In this document: in pieces, positions 1 to 11,778 of the stretch
Position numbering within the stretch: position 1 is the first letter of the stretch
How the letters are laid out: every line of letters begins with the position of its first letter
Assembly: GCF_006345805.1 (NCBI RefSeq)
Contig: NC_043013.1
Span: 17,174,001 to 17,238,000 of the forward strand
DNA from: Octopus sinensis
Lineage: Eukaryota
DNA: 64,000 bases
Reading direction: 5' to 3'
Made by a program: the position numbers and the translations under genes
The notes under the pieces: model-generated
What the model was told of the DNA's origin: nothing
Database searches by the model: none
The model's input: the letters and a program-made list of their open reading frames with translations, nothing else

Positions 1-29
1 AACCCTATTCCCATAACATATAAAAGACT

Positions 30-232
30 GAGATTACAACATTAATCCACTGGACAGGATGATGGTCCACTGAAGGATTAACTTCCCAGCTATAGCTGGA
101 AGTCATTTGCAGCTGAGATAAATAAAGCAATGTGAAATGATGTGTATTGCTCACAAACACGATGCACCGGCCAGTTTAGGAATCAAAACCACATCACAAG
201 CATGAGTGCAACCCTCTAACCACTAGGCCATG
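30..232 (-). mobile_element. tRNA-headed SINE relic with Nin-like body
   Basis: Minus strand reads tggcctagtggttag (A-box-like)...ttttgattcc (B-box-like), then a body related to the copy at 8640-8790. Confidence 0.55.
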
Positions 233-413
233 CAATTTCACACTAATGGGAAGAAAATAGATGTTGTAATGCATTTTGGTCTGCTACTATTTCTACAGAC
301 AACGCTTCAATGACAACAAAACAACATAATTCAGTTTGAAATGATTTATAAAATATTTTATGAATATAAAAATGTAAGATGAATATGATCAGCTGAAAAT
401 GGCAATAACTAGG

Positions 414-926
414 CTAATATCGCTTTCTTTTTAGAATGTCAGGTCGCCAGTTAATGGGGTGAGTTTCTTCCGATGCCTTCTCATCTTCTTTGTAAATCTT
501 TATACTTTTGTCAGCTTCCCCAGTAATCAACCGACTTCCGCTATGATCAAAGGTGCAGGCAAAGATACCAGCTTCTGAATCAATAGAGCCTGGCTGTACA
601 GCAGCTTGGATCCTCTGGAAGTTATAGCCTGTCTTCCAATCCCAGAAATACATTGTGCCGTTATCAGCACCAGACACCAGAACATTGTCAGAGTTCATGC
701 CAAGAGTGTTGATGATGGCATTGTGTCCGGTCAAGTTCTGGATGAAGTTGCCATCTGGAAACTTCCACTGCTTGATGTTGTCAGGGGAACCTGATGTGAA
801 GGAATACTTGGTTGGATGAAGGACTAATGATCGAATGCTTTTCTTGTGATTGGTAAGTGTAGCACGGGTACGTCCAGCTGCCAGGTCCCAAAGACGAATT
901 GTACAATCATGACTACCAGTAATTAC
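414..926 (-). CDS. PLRG1: PLRG1 coding exon 2 (C-terminal WD40 repeats to stop)
   Basis: Acceptor tttatctccgcAG| is followed by [18 protein letters not shown]...[12 protein letters not shown]...[34 protein letters not shown], with TAG at 416-414. In frame with exon 1; total 476 aa. Confidence 0.96.
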   Translation of the reverse strand, partial: VITGSHDCTIRLWDLAAGRTRATLTNHKKSIRSLVLHPTKYSFTSGSPDNIKQWKFPDGNFIQNLTGHNAIINTLGMNSDNVLVSGADNGTMYFWDWKTGYNFQRIQAAVQPGSIDSEAGIFACTFDHSGSRLITGEADKSIKIYKEDEKASEETHPINWRPDILKRKRY

Positions 927-1611
927 CTGCGGAGATAAACAGAAAGAAAAATAAATGTAAAAAAATACAACAGAAATACTTTATAAGACTGCCATATTTC
1001 AGACTGTCAGCTTCTTTTTTAGAGTTGGTCAATTTTCAAAAAATATTTACATATCTAATTTAAACATGTTTTAATTTATTTGGACTCTGTACATCAAATG
1101 TTTTATTACCAATTAGCAACCGCTTCTTTAGAGATGAGCATTTTCTTAAATATTCATATTTACAACATATTTTAGTTAATTTTACTTCTGAACATCCGGT
1201 GTCTTGTTTTTGAATGTGTATAGAGAACAGGACTGAATTCCTTTAAGTACACACAATCAAATATTGAACTGACTAAAGTTGTAGAGTAAATGTAAATATT
1301 AGAAAAGAGAAAGAAAATTTGACATGAGAGACAAGCAATTGAGTGAGCCCACATGTACTCACTGGAACTGCTTCACATAGCTGCTAAATATCTCTCAAAT
1401 CATATTGTAGGCAGTTTAAAACAGAAGGCATGAGATAATGTAGTTCTAGAAATAGTGTGTCTGAATAAATGAGACATAACTACAGTTTAATGCATCACCA
1501 CTCTCTAGTCTGACTTTTGTTTTCTTATAATTTTCTGAAAAAATGTGTATTTTTAAAGGAAATTTTGCAGATAGGTCATCGAAGGTATAAATTATAATCA
1601 TCTTTTATCTT

Positions 1612-1933
1612 TTACTTGTTTCAGCCACTAGACTGCACCTTGAAGAATCTTTTAATCAAATGAGTCACCCCCTACTACTTATTTTTTTTAGGACTGGTAC
1701 TTATTCTATCAGTCTCTTTTGCCAAACTACTAAGTTACAGGGATGTAAACACATCAACACTGGTTGTCAAGCAGTGGTGGGGGACAAACGCAAACACAAA
1801 GACACACAACAGGCTCATTGCAGTCTCCATCTACAAAATCCAAGGCTATGGTAGAATAGACACTTGCATAAGGTGTCACACAGTGGGACTGAACCAGAAA
1901 CATGTTGTTGGGAAGCAAGCTTCTTACCACACA
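1612..1933 (-). mobile_element. SINE family B (CORE-like, OR2-type) in the PLRG1 intron
   Basis: Reverse complement of the family seen at 22642 and 26008. Confidence 0.75.
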
Positions 1934-2900
1934 TTTATATATTTCTTATTTACCTTCTTTTTTTTTTTTTGAGGAGTTTCAGATCATTATCACCCCTTTA
2001 ATCTTGTTACCACTAATTTCCATAACTTTAGCATTTCTCACTTCTCCTCTTAGATCTCCATGTTTGAAATATCAATATCAACACTTTGGTAAACATATTT
2101 CTGCAGAATTTCATCCTAGACTATGTGTTTTAGAGAATTATGACAAAGCAAAGTCGGAGAAAGGGCACTAAACTGCAATTATCGCCCCCCCCCACCCACC
2201 AAATATAATGATCATAGGTCTGCCGGATCAGGGTGGACATGAGGATGGAATAGAAAGAGTTGAGGTGCTTTAACAACAGCATATGAAAACAGGGCAGCAA
2301 AACTAGTGATGTTTGAAAAGAAAACTGTTGTCCTATATCGTCTCTCATTGTTCATTGAGGGGACAGTAAAAAATACAAGGGGACGTTTAAGTGAAAGAGA
2401 ATACAAACATTAAAAAAAATCGTTTACTGTGGTTGTTGTTTAGCCGTAGATCAAAACGGATTCAGCAGACCTATGATCTATCCCATATTATATGCTTTCC
2501 CTTTTCAGGACTAAGAAGTGAGTTTGGAAAAACTTAGGTGCTATAGGTATAAAACAACTTCCTCTAAACGAATATGAAAAAGTTTTTTTAAATTGCCCGC
2601 TCGCGAACGGGGGTGGGGGAGAGGACTCGGAAAGTTCACATCGTGAATGTTCCGAGTCGTCTCACCACAGCCAAAAACAAAAACAACCGCGTAACTTCGG
2701 TATAGGTACCAGAAGTACCGGATACATTTCAAGAAAGTGTTTTTTTTTTTATATATCTGGGGGGTTAGGGTTAGGGGTGGGAGAAAAGGGTTTCTGTTAT
2801 CTTCAGGAATGTAAACAAAGGTACCTATACCGAAGGATCGCCAAAACAACTCGTTGACTAAATGTTTGTATAAAATAGAAACGCCAACAATTTAGTTTAC

Positions 2901-3818
2901 CTGTGGTTCAGCTGCTTGGCATTTGACAACAGCTACAGTGTTGGTATGTCCGGTCATGGTATGGACACACGCTTTTGTCCGCATGTCCCACACACGAGCC
3001 GTAGCATCACGTCCGCACGACAACAAAACATCGATTGTAGGGTGAATGTCCAAACCGTAGACAGCACTCAAATGTCCGTGATAGTGACGAATCACTTTGT
3101 TGTACTCCAGATCCCAACACTTCACCAGTTTGTCCTCGCCGCAAGAGAAGAGATAAGGATTGCGAGGGCTGACGCACACACCACGCACAGAACTGATGTG
3201 TCCGGTCAGAGACAACTTCAGAGTGCCACTGGCCAAGTCCCAAATCTTTATGACGCGGTCACCACCGCCCGTAACAAACCATTCATTTTTGGGTTCCACG
3301 GATATACAACGGACCCAGCCTAAATGACCAGATATCACTCTATACAACTTCCAAGGAGGATGCCATTCCGGTTTGGGCATGGTAGGTGCTTTACGGGGAA
3401 TTAATGTTTGGTTCAAGCTCGTTAGCATTTTTGAACTCTGGTCCGAACTTTTAGAGTCGTAAGTAGCCAATTGCATCGAGTTTGACACAGGTGTAGATAC
3501 AACTGATCCATCGGACAGCACGGTTTTTCGGAACTCTATCTGATTTTGGTCCCCATCTTGATCGCTGGAATTGACCGAGTTGGAACCTCCGATGTGGTCC
3601 GCAAGCTTTTTCGAGTGCGGCAGATCGGGTCGCGGCATGTCTTTTACCATGCTGTATTCGCTGCGTAATTTTATACTGGCCCATAGTTTCTCGCATTTTT
3701 CATCGTTAGTGGGTATAAAGTTCTGGTCAGACAGGAACATATCATGGGTGCGTTTTAGTGAGCGAAACACCAAAGTGTGCACCGAGTGTTTCAGGACATC
3801 ATCTATACCGGTGGCCAT
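2901..3818 (-). CDS. PLRG1: Pleiotropic regulator 1 (Prp46/PRL1 WD40 spliceosome protein), coding exon 1
   Basis: Translation [28 protein letters not shown]...[29 protein letters not shown]...AAEPQ matches the PLRG1 N-terminus and WD40 repeats. ATG at 3818 (AAAATGG context). The 918-bp exon ends at a phase-0 CAG|GTAAAC donor. Confidence 0.96.
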
Positions 3819-3850
3819 TTTGATGCAGAAACGGAAGTAGAATGACGTCA
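3811..3850 (-). promoter_or_regulatory. PLRG1 proximal motif cluster: YY1-like (GCCATTTTG 3814-3822), ETS-like (CGGAAGT 3832-3838), CRE (TGACGTCA 3843-3850)
   Basis: Three consensus motifs seen directly within 40 bp, overlapping or just upstream of the ATG, in a locally CpG-rich segment. Function is inferred. Confidence 0.55.
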
Positions 3851-5479
3851 CTGGTTGTAACGAAGCACAATAACAATCAGAGTTATCTTTCTTGGTTTCT
3901 GTATCTTGTCTGCAAGATTCTTTATATGACAGAGAGCAAATTATATATATATATATATATATATCACAGTTTTTAGACTTCAGACAGTACTTTATACAGT
4001 ATGCATGCAATTATTAATATTATTATTTTTTCCTTATGGTTGTGAGCTGGCTGAATCATTAAAATGTTGGACAAAATGATCAGTTGCATTTCTGCTGGTT
4101 CTTTATGTTCCGAGTTCAAATCTTGCCAAGGTCAACTTTGCAGTTCATTCTTTTGATACTGATAAAATATAGCATGAGTCAAGCACTAGGGATTGATGTA
4201 ATCAACTTGACTCTCTCCTAAAAATCTGAAAGACTTATTATTATTATTATCATTACGGTGGTGTGCTGGCAGAATCGTTAGCACACCAGGCAAAATGCTT
4301 AGTGGCATTTTGTCTGCTTTTAGGTTCTGCATCGAAATACTGCCAGGGTCGACTTTGCCTTTCATCCTCTTGGGGGTTGATGAAATAAGTACCAGTTGAG
4401 CACTGGGGTCAAGGTAATCGACTTATCTTCCCCCAAACTTGCTGCCCTTGTGCCAAAATTTGAATCCATTATTATTATTATTATTATTGGGACAACAGAT
4501 TTGGCAGAATTGTTAAAGAATAGGACACAATACCAGGTGGCATATCTTCTGGCTCTTTGAACCATGAGCATCAGGAGTTCAAATTTCATTCAGGTTTCCC
4601 TTTCATCCCTTTTGGCTTGATAAAATAAGGCACCAGTCAAGTATTGGGTTTCACAGTATCAAAGTACCCACTCTCCCAAATGTCAGGCCTTCTGCTTATG
4701 CTGGAAATATTTATTCTCATTACATTGAAGGCATAGAGATCAAAAAGAATTTTTGAAAAAAAAAACACCGAAAATGGGTGGTGTACACATATTTTACCTT
4801 CACCCGAGTTCAAATTACAAATAGTCAATAAAATAAGTACTAATTATATAGGTATTTTATTTATCCCTAACAAATCCCATGGTCCTTTTAAAGAAATTTT
4901 GCACTACTTTATCTGTTTATTTCGTTTTAAATAATTGATGAAACGTTTTAGAAAGTAAATCTCACAGGTATGATTAAGAGATAATCAACTTCTTCAAAGA
5001 TTTTACATCCCAATTATTATTAATGATAAATCTTCAATAAATACAACACTGCTTAATTTTTGAAGTTTAAATCTCACTTCCGAAGGGCTTTGAATTTCAC
5101 CAGAAACCCGACATGCTAGAAACAACAGCTAAACAACATTATTATCATGTCACAAGATATTTGCCTGGCTGCATGTAAATTAGTGATAGTACCTCGCAAA
5201 CAATGAATAGTAACAAAATATTTGCCATATTGGTTTTCAATTTAAAATACAGAAAAGTTTATACACTAAAAGAACAATACAATATTTGTTTGTGGAGGCT
5301 CTGTGAATACGCTGTCATCACAACAGGAGAAAATATCACTAAGGATTCATGACTGCAAAATTGTAACTGCTGTCTACTCGGTTGAATAAAGAGCCATGAG
5401 TCATTAGTCATTAGTTATTGCTGCAAAAGTGAGAAACTTCAGAGTGCTTCTGCCTCTGTTTACAACCAATGGTCTCTCT

Positions 5480-6175
5480 CTGTCTCTCTCTCTCTGAGTG
5501 AAAGGAAGATTGTTTGATGCATGTGTACAAGCTGCATACTACATGGTAGTGAGATGTGGGCCATGGACGAAGCAGATACACAAAGACTAAAGAGAAACTG
5601 GTATGCTCCACTGGATGTCTAATGTTAGTGTATGTGTGTGACAGAACACCAGTGTATTGAGAGAAAAGGTTGGCATCAGAGGAATTATATACAGTGTGCT
5701 GGTTTGATCATGTGATACAGATGGATGAGGACAATTCCATAAACAGCTTCCAATCATTTAAAGTGAAAGAAAGTTACGAAAGAGGAAGACTGAGGAAGAT
5801 ATAGAACAAAGTATTGAAGGACAATGGCAAAATGCTGAGTATTATGAAGGAGAATACTGAGGACCAAGATATATGGCACATTGCTGTTCTTAAGAAGACC
5901 CACCCACCACAACAGAACTGATGTCTTAAAACCAAAGTGCCATGTAAAAAGCATTGATGCTGGTGCCACATAAAAAGCACTGGTGCTTGGGCTACATAAA
6001 ATGCCCTGGTGATGGTGCCATGTAAAAAGCACCCATTTCACTCCAGCTGTAGAAACCAAGCCAAATCAGACTGTGGAACTTGGTGCAGCCCTTGGTGTTG
6101 CCGGTTCCTGTCAAGCTATCCAGCTCATGCCAGCATAGAAAACAGGCTTTAAATGATGATGATGATGATGATGAG
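5480..6175 (+). mobile_element. RTE-clade LINE 3' fragment plus 3' UTR ending in (GAT)n
   Basis: Degenerate remnants of the RTE RT C-terminus (GSE.WA, WM.NVSV, LREK.GIRGI, WF.HV..MDED, RGR.RK). These continue into the 'family C' repeat (aaaaagcac units, ccagctgtagaaac) and a (GAT)n tail. Confidence 0.75.
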
Positions 6176-6550
6176 AATGTGGTTTTTCATGGCAGCAGTT
6201 TCCCACTATCTAAAGCAAGAGGTGAGACGTATGAAATGAATTGGCTGATCTCTACACAAACGTGCCTAGCACAAGTGGAGGTTCGTTTCATTCAGCCACT
6301 TTTGACACTCTGCAAAGAGTTGGCACAAAAACTCATCTATTTATAAATCTCATTAGGAAACATTCTGGAAGGTTCTAGACAGCTGCATCATGTGATGGCT
6401 CTACGCTGATTAGTCAGTTAATCAGCCAATCACATAAAATCTCTATTACTAAGTGATGGGTTCTACTTGGGAGTTCACTGATTCGGTTTCAAATCTGTTA
6501 CAATCATTTAGAATGTAGAGTCATTATTATAATAATAATAATAATAATAA

Positions 6551-6957
6551 TATAAAGATCTTGAAATAGAAATCAGCAAAATGTGGAACCTGAAGACTAA
6601 AACAATACCTGTTGTCATAGGTGCCCTGGGAATGATAGCAAAAGGGGCTGATTGCTACCTAACTCAGATACCAGGAAACCCCAAAATGGCAGAAATTCAA
6701 CAGATAATGCTCATGGGAACTGCCCATATCCTATGCAAAATACTTTCTATGTAATCTCAAGTTTTAAAACAAACACAATTTTCTTATGGTTTCTTAAACA
6801 TACTCTAGAACAACACTATGTACAAAACCAAATATATGGCACACTAGGCATTACACCAACACGAACTTCCAACTTGTTGTCTCTTGAGGTCTCTGGGTGA
6901 GACTTGGAGCCAGCTTGTGCAAATGTAAAGCAAAAGTCAAACAGAATAATAGTAATA
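6551..6957 (+). mobile_element. R4/Dong-clade non-LTR retrotransposon 3' fragment (restriction-like endonuclease C-terminus)
   Basis: 6551-6754 reads YKDLEIEISKMWNLKTKTIPVVIGALGMIAKG...LMGTAHILCKILSM* without stops; flanked on both sides by (AAT)n. Not in the ORF track. Confidence 0.8.
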
Positions 6958-7463
6958 AAAGTTATTGTTATTGTTTTTATCTTTAATATTATTAAGGTGG
7001 CAAACTGGCAGAATTGTTGTCACATTAGTTAAAATGCTTAGCAGTATTTTGTTCATCTTTTGTTTTGAGTTCCAGTTCCACCAAAGTCAAATTTGCCTTT
7101 CATCCATTCAGGATAGATAAAATAATCAACAATTGTGCATTGGGATTGATGTAATTGATTAAACCTTCCTCAAAATTCCAGTATAGTATGTGTCTGTACT
7201 AGAAAGGGTTACTATTTATTATAATTTAGGGTGGCAACCTGGCGGAATTGTTAGCATACTGGATGAAATGCTTAGTGGTATTTCGCCCACCACTATGTTC
7301 TGAGATTAAATTCTGCTGAGTTCAACTTTGCCTTTCATCCTTTTGGGATCAATAAATTGAGTACCAGTGAAATACTGGGGTCAACATAATTGACTAACCC
7401 CTCTCCCACCAAATTTCAGGCCTTGTGCCTATAATAGAAATGATCGTTGTTGTTGTTGTTGTT

Positions 7464-7534
<71 letters not shown>

Positions 7535-8065
7535 TTAACTCGGGTTTTGCTGGAACTTCTGGAGTTTTACATGCATGGTAGGCTTGCTACCTGCAGCCCA
7601 GAGTACCATGCTGTTCTTTTCAACTATCTAATACTTTCCTGATGATTCTGACCATCCCAAGGAGGCAGACTTTTTGTAGCAACTCTACTGGGCCCTATAT
7701 TCCCATTTCCTTTATATTCCTCTTGATGCCTTCTGATTCTGTCCCCGAGGATCCAATAGTAAACTGCATTATCTTCACCTTCATTTTTCACTGTCAACTA
7801 TGTCATATCTAAGAGGATTTTATATATCTATTTTTTTGCCCTTTTGGGTATCAAAGGGGCAAGCAAAGTCAATTATAGAACATATGTGTTGTTTGTCTTA
7901 TCCACCACCACTATGTCCAGCCTGTTGTGCTCAAGCACCTGGTCTGTTTGGATTAAGAAATCCCATAGGATTTTACTGGTCTCCAACTCAGCGACTCTTT
8001 GTTTTGTGTTCATACCATGTCTTGCCTCTCTCTAAACCCCACTTTTCATAGTTTCCAATCACAAC
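7535..8065 (-). mobile_element. Second R4/Dong-clade 3' fragment (degenerate RLE domain)
   Basis: Minus strand gives WYEH...KILWDFLIQTDQVLEHNRLDIVVVDK...DFACPFD...LLQKVCLLGMVRIIRKVLDS* (stop 7620-7622), with internal stops/frameshifts. The tail runs into (TAA)n at 7465-7534. Confidence 0.75.
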
Positions 8066-8232
8066 TTGACACCTCATCACCACTGTTTTTTTTATCTCTT
8101 TCCAGCTCCATCCTAGCCACTCCCACTCACTCATCTATAATGTGAGCAGCTGTGTAGCTCCCCTACAGCAAGAAACCTATTCTGTTCAGGCTCCCTTCTC
8201 TCACACTTTAATTTCTCATCTCCTAGCATAAA

Positions 8233-8302
<70 letters not shown>

Positions 8303-8639
8303 TCTCTCTCTCTCTCTACTTTTACATCACTCAGCTAAAAAGGTTTTAATCTTACAGGTTTCATGGTGATCTCACTAGTCCTGGTATCATGAAAAAAAAG
8401 TACCCAGTACATGCTGAAAAGCTGTTAGCGTTAGGAAGGGCATCCACTTGTAGAAACAGTGCCAAAGCAAATATTGGAGTACAATGCAGTCTTCAGACCT
8501 ATCAGATCCTGTCAAAAAGTCCAGTGTATACCAGTGAGGAACATGGACATTAAATGATGATGATGATGAGGAGGAGGAGGAGGAGGATATGTAATCTATA
8601 AAAAAAAGGATAAAACTCCTTCCAGAGTCATATAGACTC

Positions 8640-8790
8640 ATAGGGTCAGTTTCCTGGTTTCTGTGGTGTATATATTCCCCACTGGACAGGACGCCAATCC
8701 ATCACAGGAATACTCATTTTTGCCAGCTAAGTCGACTGGAACAACATGAAATGAAGCATTTTGCTTAAGAACACAAAACATTGCCCAGTC
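8640..8790 (-). mobile_element. Nin-like SINE body fragment
   Basis: tcatttttgccagctaagtcgactggaacaacatgaaatgaagcattttgcttaagaacac resembles the reverse complement of the Nin-type SINE central domain; related to 30-232. Confidence 0.5.
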
Positions 8791-9762
8791 CTGTTTTGCA
8801 AATTATTAATGGAGCCATTAATTGATTTACCATCTCCTGTTTATTTATTTAGTAAAATTTTGATTGTTTATTAGCATTACATTTAATTATCCTGTAGTAA
8901 GAAACTCCTCATCACTCTCATAACAGAGACACCTACAAAGGGTAAGGAACCCAACTTTGGGGGTTTAAACACCTTCTCTGTATTATGAAGAAACAGAACT
9001 TCACAGATTATAATATTTGGAGTGATGAAGGCAGTGATATGCAGTGATCTATATCTGGAAATTTCTGGTGGGAATACACTGAACTCGTGCATTGAAAACT
9101 ATACACATCATCAAACTGGGTATCATTGCATTTTTCTGCAATTTCTCTCTCTTCCTCTTCTCCTTCTCGCTCTCTCTCTCTTTCTTTCTCTCTCTCCTTC
9201 TTTGTCCCTTTCTCCTACCCCCCATCTCTCTCAAGGTACCACAACAGCCCAGGTTTTAAGAGATAACACATCTTCCATATTCCTCAAAAGTAAAAGGATT
9301 TTGATTTGAATTTCCAATCATGATTTTTCATCCATTAAATCAACTGATCTACCAAATTCATTGAATTAGCAGATGTAAGTGGCAGAGTATTCCACAGATA
9401 CATATAACCTTAATGTAATACTCAGGTGGAGTCAGTGTAACACAATCTGTGACATGGCTGGATTGCTTGAATTACTAGTACAATCCATTTGATGGGCTTC
9501 CACACAATTTCCATCAATCTTATTTCACACTTGCCCAAGATATCACTGAGCAAAACTGAACCCTGGATTTCATGACCAGGAGGCAAACGTCTTGAGCATT
9601 CTACCATATTACATAGGATGCAGAGGGGCTAGCATGGGACTGCCAGTGATGGAGAGCACTGATCGACCTGGTCAACTCTATGTATGGTGACGTCTCTGGG
9701 GCATCTAACCTGGGATGACCCTACCCCATCAAGCATGAGCATGAAGCAGTAGCAGCAGCAGT

Positions 9763-10156
9763 GGAGGCGCAATAGCCCAGTGGTTAGGGCAGCAAACTCA
9801 CGGTCAGAGGATAGCGGTTTCGATTCCCAGATCGGGCGTTGTGTGTGTTTATTGAGCAAAAACACCTAAAACTCCACGAGGCTCCGGCAGGGGGGGGGCG
9901 ACCCCCGTTGTACTCTTTTGCTACAACTTTCTCTCACTCTTTCTTCCTATTTCTTGTCCCCAACTTCCTACGCAACCACTGAGCCTGGATGCACATTCAT
10001 CCATCTGTCGATGCTCTCGGTGTCGGAGGTTGACCTGCTTTCTCTTCTGCGGGTCTTACAAATAGCAAAGGACCACGTTTCGGACTTCTCCCACTACAGA
10101 GGCGCGATCTTGCAAGCTCTGGGATGAAGACCGTTCGCTCAACAGCAACAGCAGCA
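9763..10156 (+). mobile_element. tRNA-derived SINE (family D), about 390 bp
   Basis: A box TAGCCCAGTGG (9773-9783), B box GGTTTCGATTCC (9816-9827), CpG-rich body, and (CAG/CAA)n runs on both sides. Confidence 0.7.
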
Positions 10157-10384
10157 TACTGTGCCCACATTCTTTCTTAAAACGTTTGGTAAATATGAGG
10201 AGTAAATGTCAGCCCTTTCAAAAATGACTGGGATCGCCTCTTACCCAACCTATCTTGTACAAACTGGATGTTGCTTTTCTGCTTCTAAACAGGGGGCATT
10301 GACGAGAACAGTAGCATTGAGCTCTCTCATTCAATGAATACTGAGGGCAATGCTGAAACAGATGTCACAGCATAGGTGCAAATG

Positions 10385-10743
10385 TGATCTGTGTGGTAAG
10401 AAGTTTGTTTCCCAACCACATGGTTCTGGGTTCACTCCCATTGTGTTGACGCACTTCTTCTGCTACAGCTTTGAGCCAACCAAAGCCCTGTCAGTGAATT
10501 TGATTGACAAAGACTGAAAGAAGTTCATCGTATAGATATATGTGTGTGTGTATCTGTGTTTATCCCCTCCCCACCCTTTGACAACTGGTTTCAGTATATC
10601 TACCCCTCTGTAACTTAGCGGTTTAACAGAAGAGACGGATGGAATAATTACCAGGCTTAAAAAGTAAATAAAGTTCGCCTGAAATTCCTTACGGCAGTGC
10701 CCCAGCGTGGCCACAGTCCAATGACTGAAACAAGATAAAAGAT
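10385..10743 (+). mobile_element. SINE family B, degenerate full-length copy
   Basis: Head gtgtggtaagaagtttg; tail cagtgccccagcgtggccacagtccaatgactgaaacaagataaaag. Confidence 0.75.
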
Positions 10744-11099
10744 GGCATTACTCTGTCATAATCCCAACTGAAAGACCGAAACAATCAAAGTCATTTATTG
10801 GGCACCTTCTTTCCATTTCTTGTTCAAAGAAAACAAGAAGGAAAGAAAACGATAAAATGAAAGTGAGGATTATGGAGAGAAGGAGCGAAAGAGAAAATAA
10901 GAAAAGGATGAAATGAAAAAGCGCACTATTGAAAGAGAATTTCTTTATTCACCAAATGGTTGAAAAGAAGAGGGGACGATACGAGGACAGACAAAACAAA
11001 CATTGGGGTCAGGGTATCGAATGAGACGAAACGTATGAATAAATAAACAATTAAAATATATACAATTAAATGAGAATGAGTGATTAACAAAAAATGAAG

Positions 11100-11355
11100 C
11101 GGAGATAGAATACATTCCACAAGATTGAGTAATTTAAGGGGGAGATAATCGATACAGCGGCGACTGTTGCGATGTAGAGTTATCCCAGTTATCTCCCTTG
11201 TCATGATGGCGACTCGCCAACAGACAAACATTTGGTGACAATCCGTTACTGACACTATGTGTTGCTGATTGCGAAGAGAGAGACATCAGAGGCTATAAGA
11301 GTATCTTTCACCATCCATTCTGTACTAATTACCCTCTCCTTTATTTTCTTAAACC
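11100..11355 (+). promoter_or_regulatory. Probable PIK3C3 promoter/5' UTR (CpG-enriched; YY1-like GATGGCG at 11205-11211)
   Basis: CpG density is visibly higher over about 10930-12560 than in flanking DNA, and the segment directly precedes the exon 1 ATG. The TSS is not determinable from sequence. Confidence 0.5.
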
Positions 11356-11426
11356 ATGGCCGATGTTCCAGACAGGTTGTGTTATGTGTACAGTTGTGAC
11401 CTGGACGTTAATGTCGAGATCAAAAT
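11356..11426 (+). CDS. PIK3C3: Vps34 coding exon 1
   Basis: ACCATGG start; MADVPDRLCYVYSCDLDVNVEIK(I) matches the Vps34 YSCDLD N-terminus; donor AT|GTAAGT (phase 2). Absent from the supplied ORF track. Confidence 0.93.
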
Positions 11427-11729
11427 GTAAGTTTCTCTCTTTCGCTCTCTTCTGTTGATCTTTCTCTCACTAATTTGTCTTTCATTCTTCACTTAAACAC
11501 GTCTCCTTCATTTTTATCTATGGTTCTTGTTTCTCACTTTATATTATTTTCTGTAAAATCATATCTCTTGTCTCTTTCTGTATGTGGTCCACCATTTCTC
11601 TACTAATGTGGCTACTCCCTCTATCAGCCTTTATATGAATGCGTATAATTATACACGCACCTACAGTTATGTAAATAATATTCGTATGTATACACACATA
11701 TATAAACATATGAGTGTGGGTATGCATTC

Positions 11730-11778
<49 letters not shown>

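Noticed and set aside
2761-2777. Interstitial telomere
   Set aside because: Only two TTAGGG units, inside a small inverted-repeat element.
2916-3323. 135-aa plus-strand ORF (also 606-794, 3571-3840)
   Set aside because: Antisense shadow frames of PLRG1 coding exons.
3819-4010. 64-codon N-terminal extension of the PLRG1 ORF in the ORF track
   Set aside because: It runs through an (AT)n microsatellite and promoter motifs; homology starts at MATG (3818).
8898-8941. Possible 44-bp exon (cctgtAG ... G|GTAAGG) upstream of PIK3C3
   Set aside because: No partner exon or homology; splice-like motifs of this quality occur by chance.
9763-9840. tRNA gene (likewise the heads at 34340, 52070 and 52827)
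   Set aside because: A/B boxes are present but there is no full cloverleaf or acceptor stem, and each continues into a SINE body.
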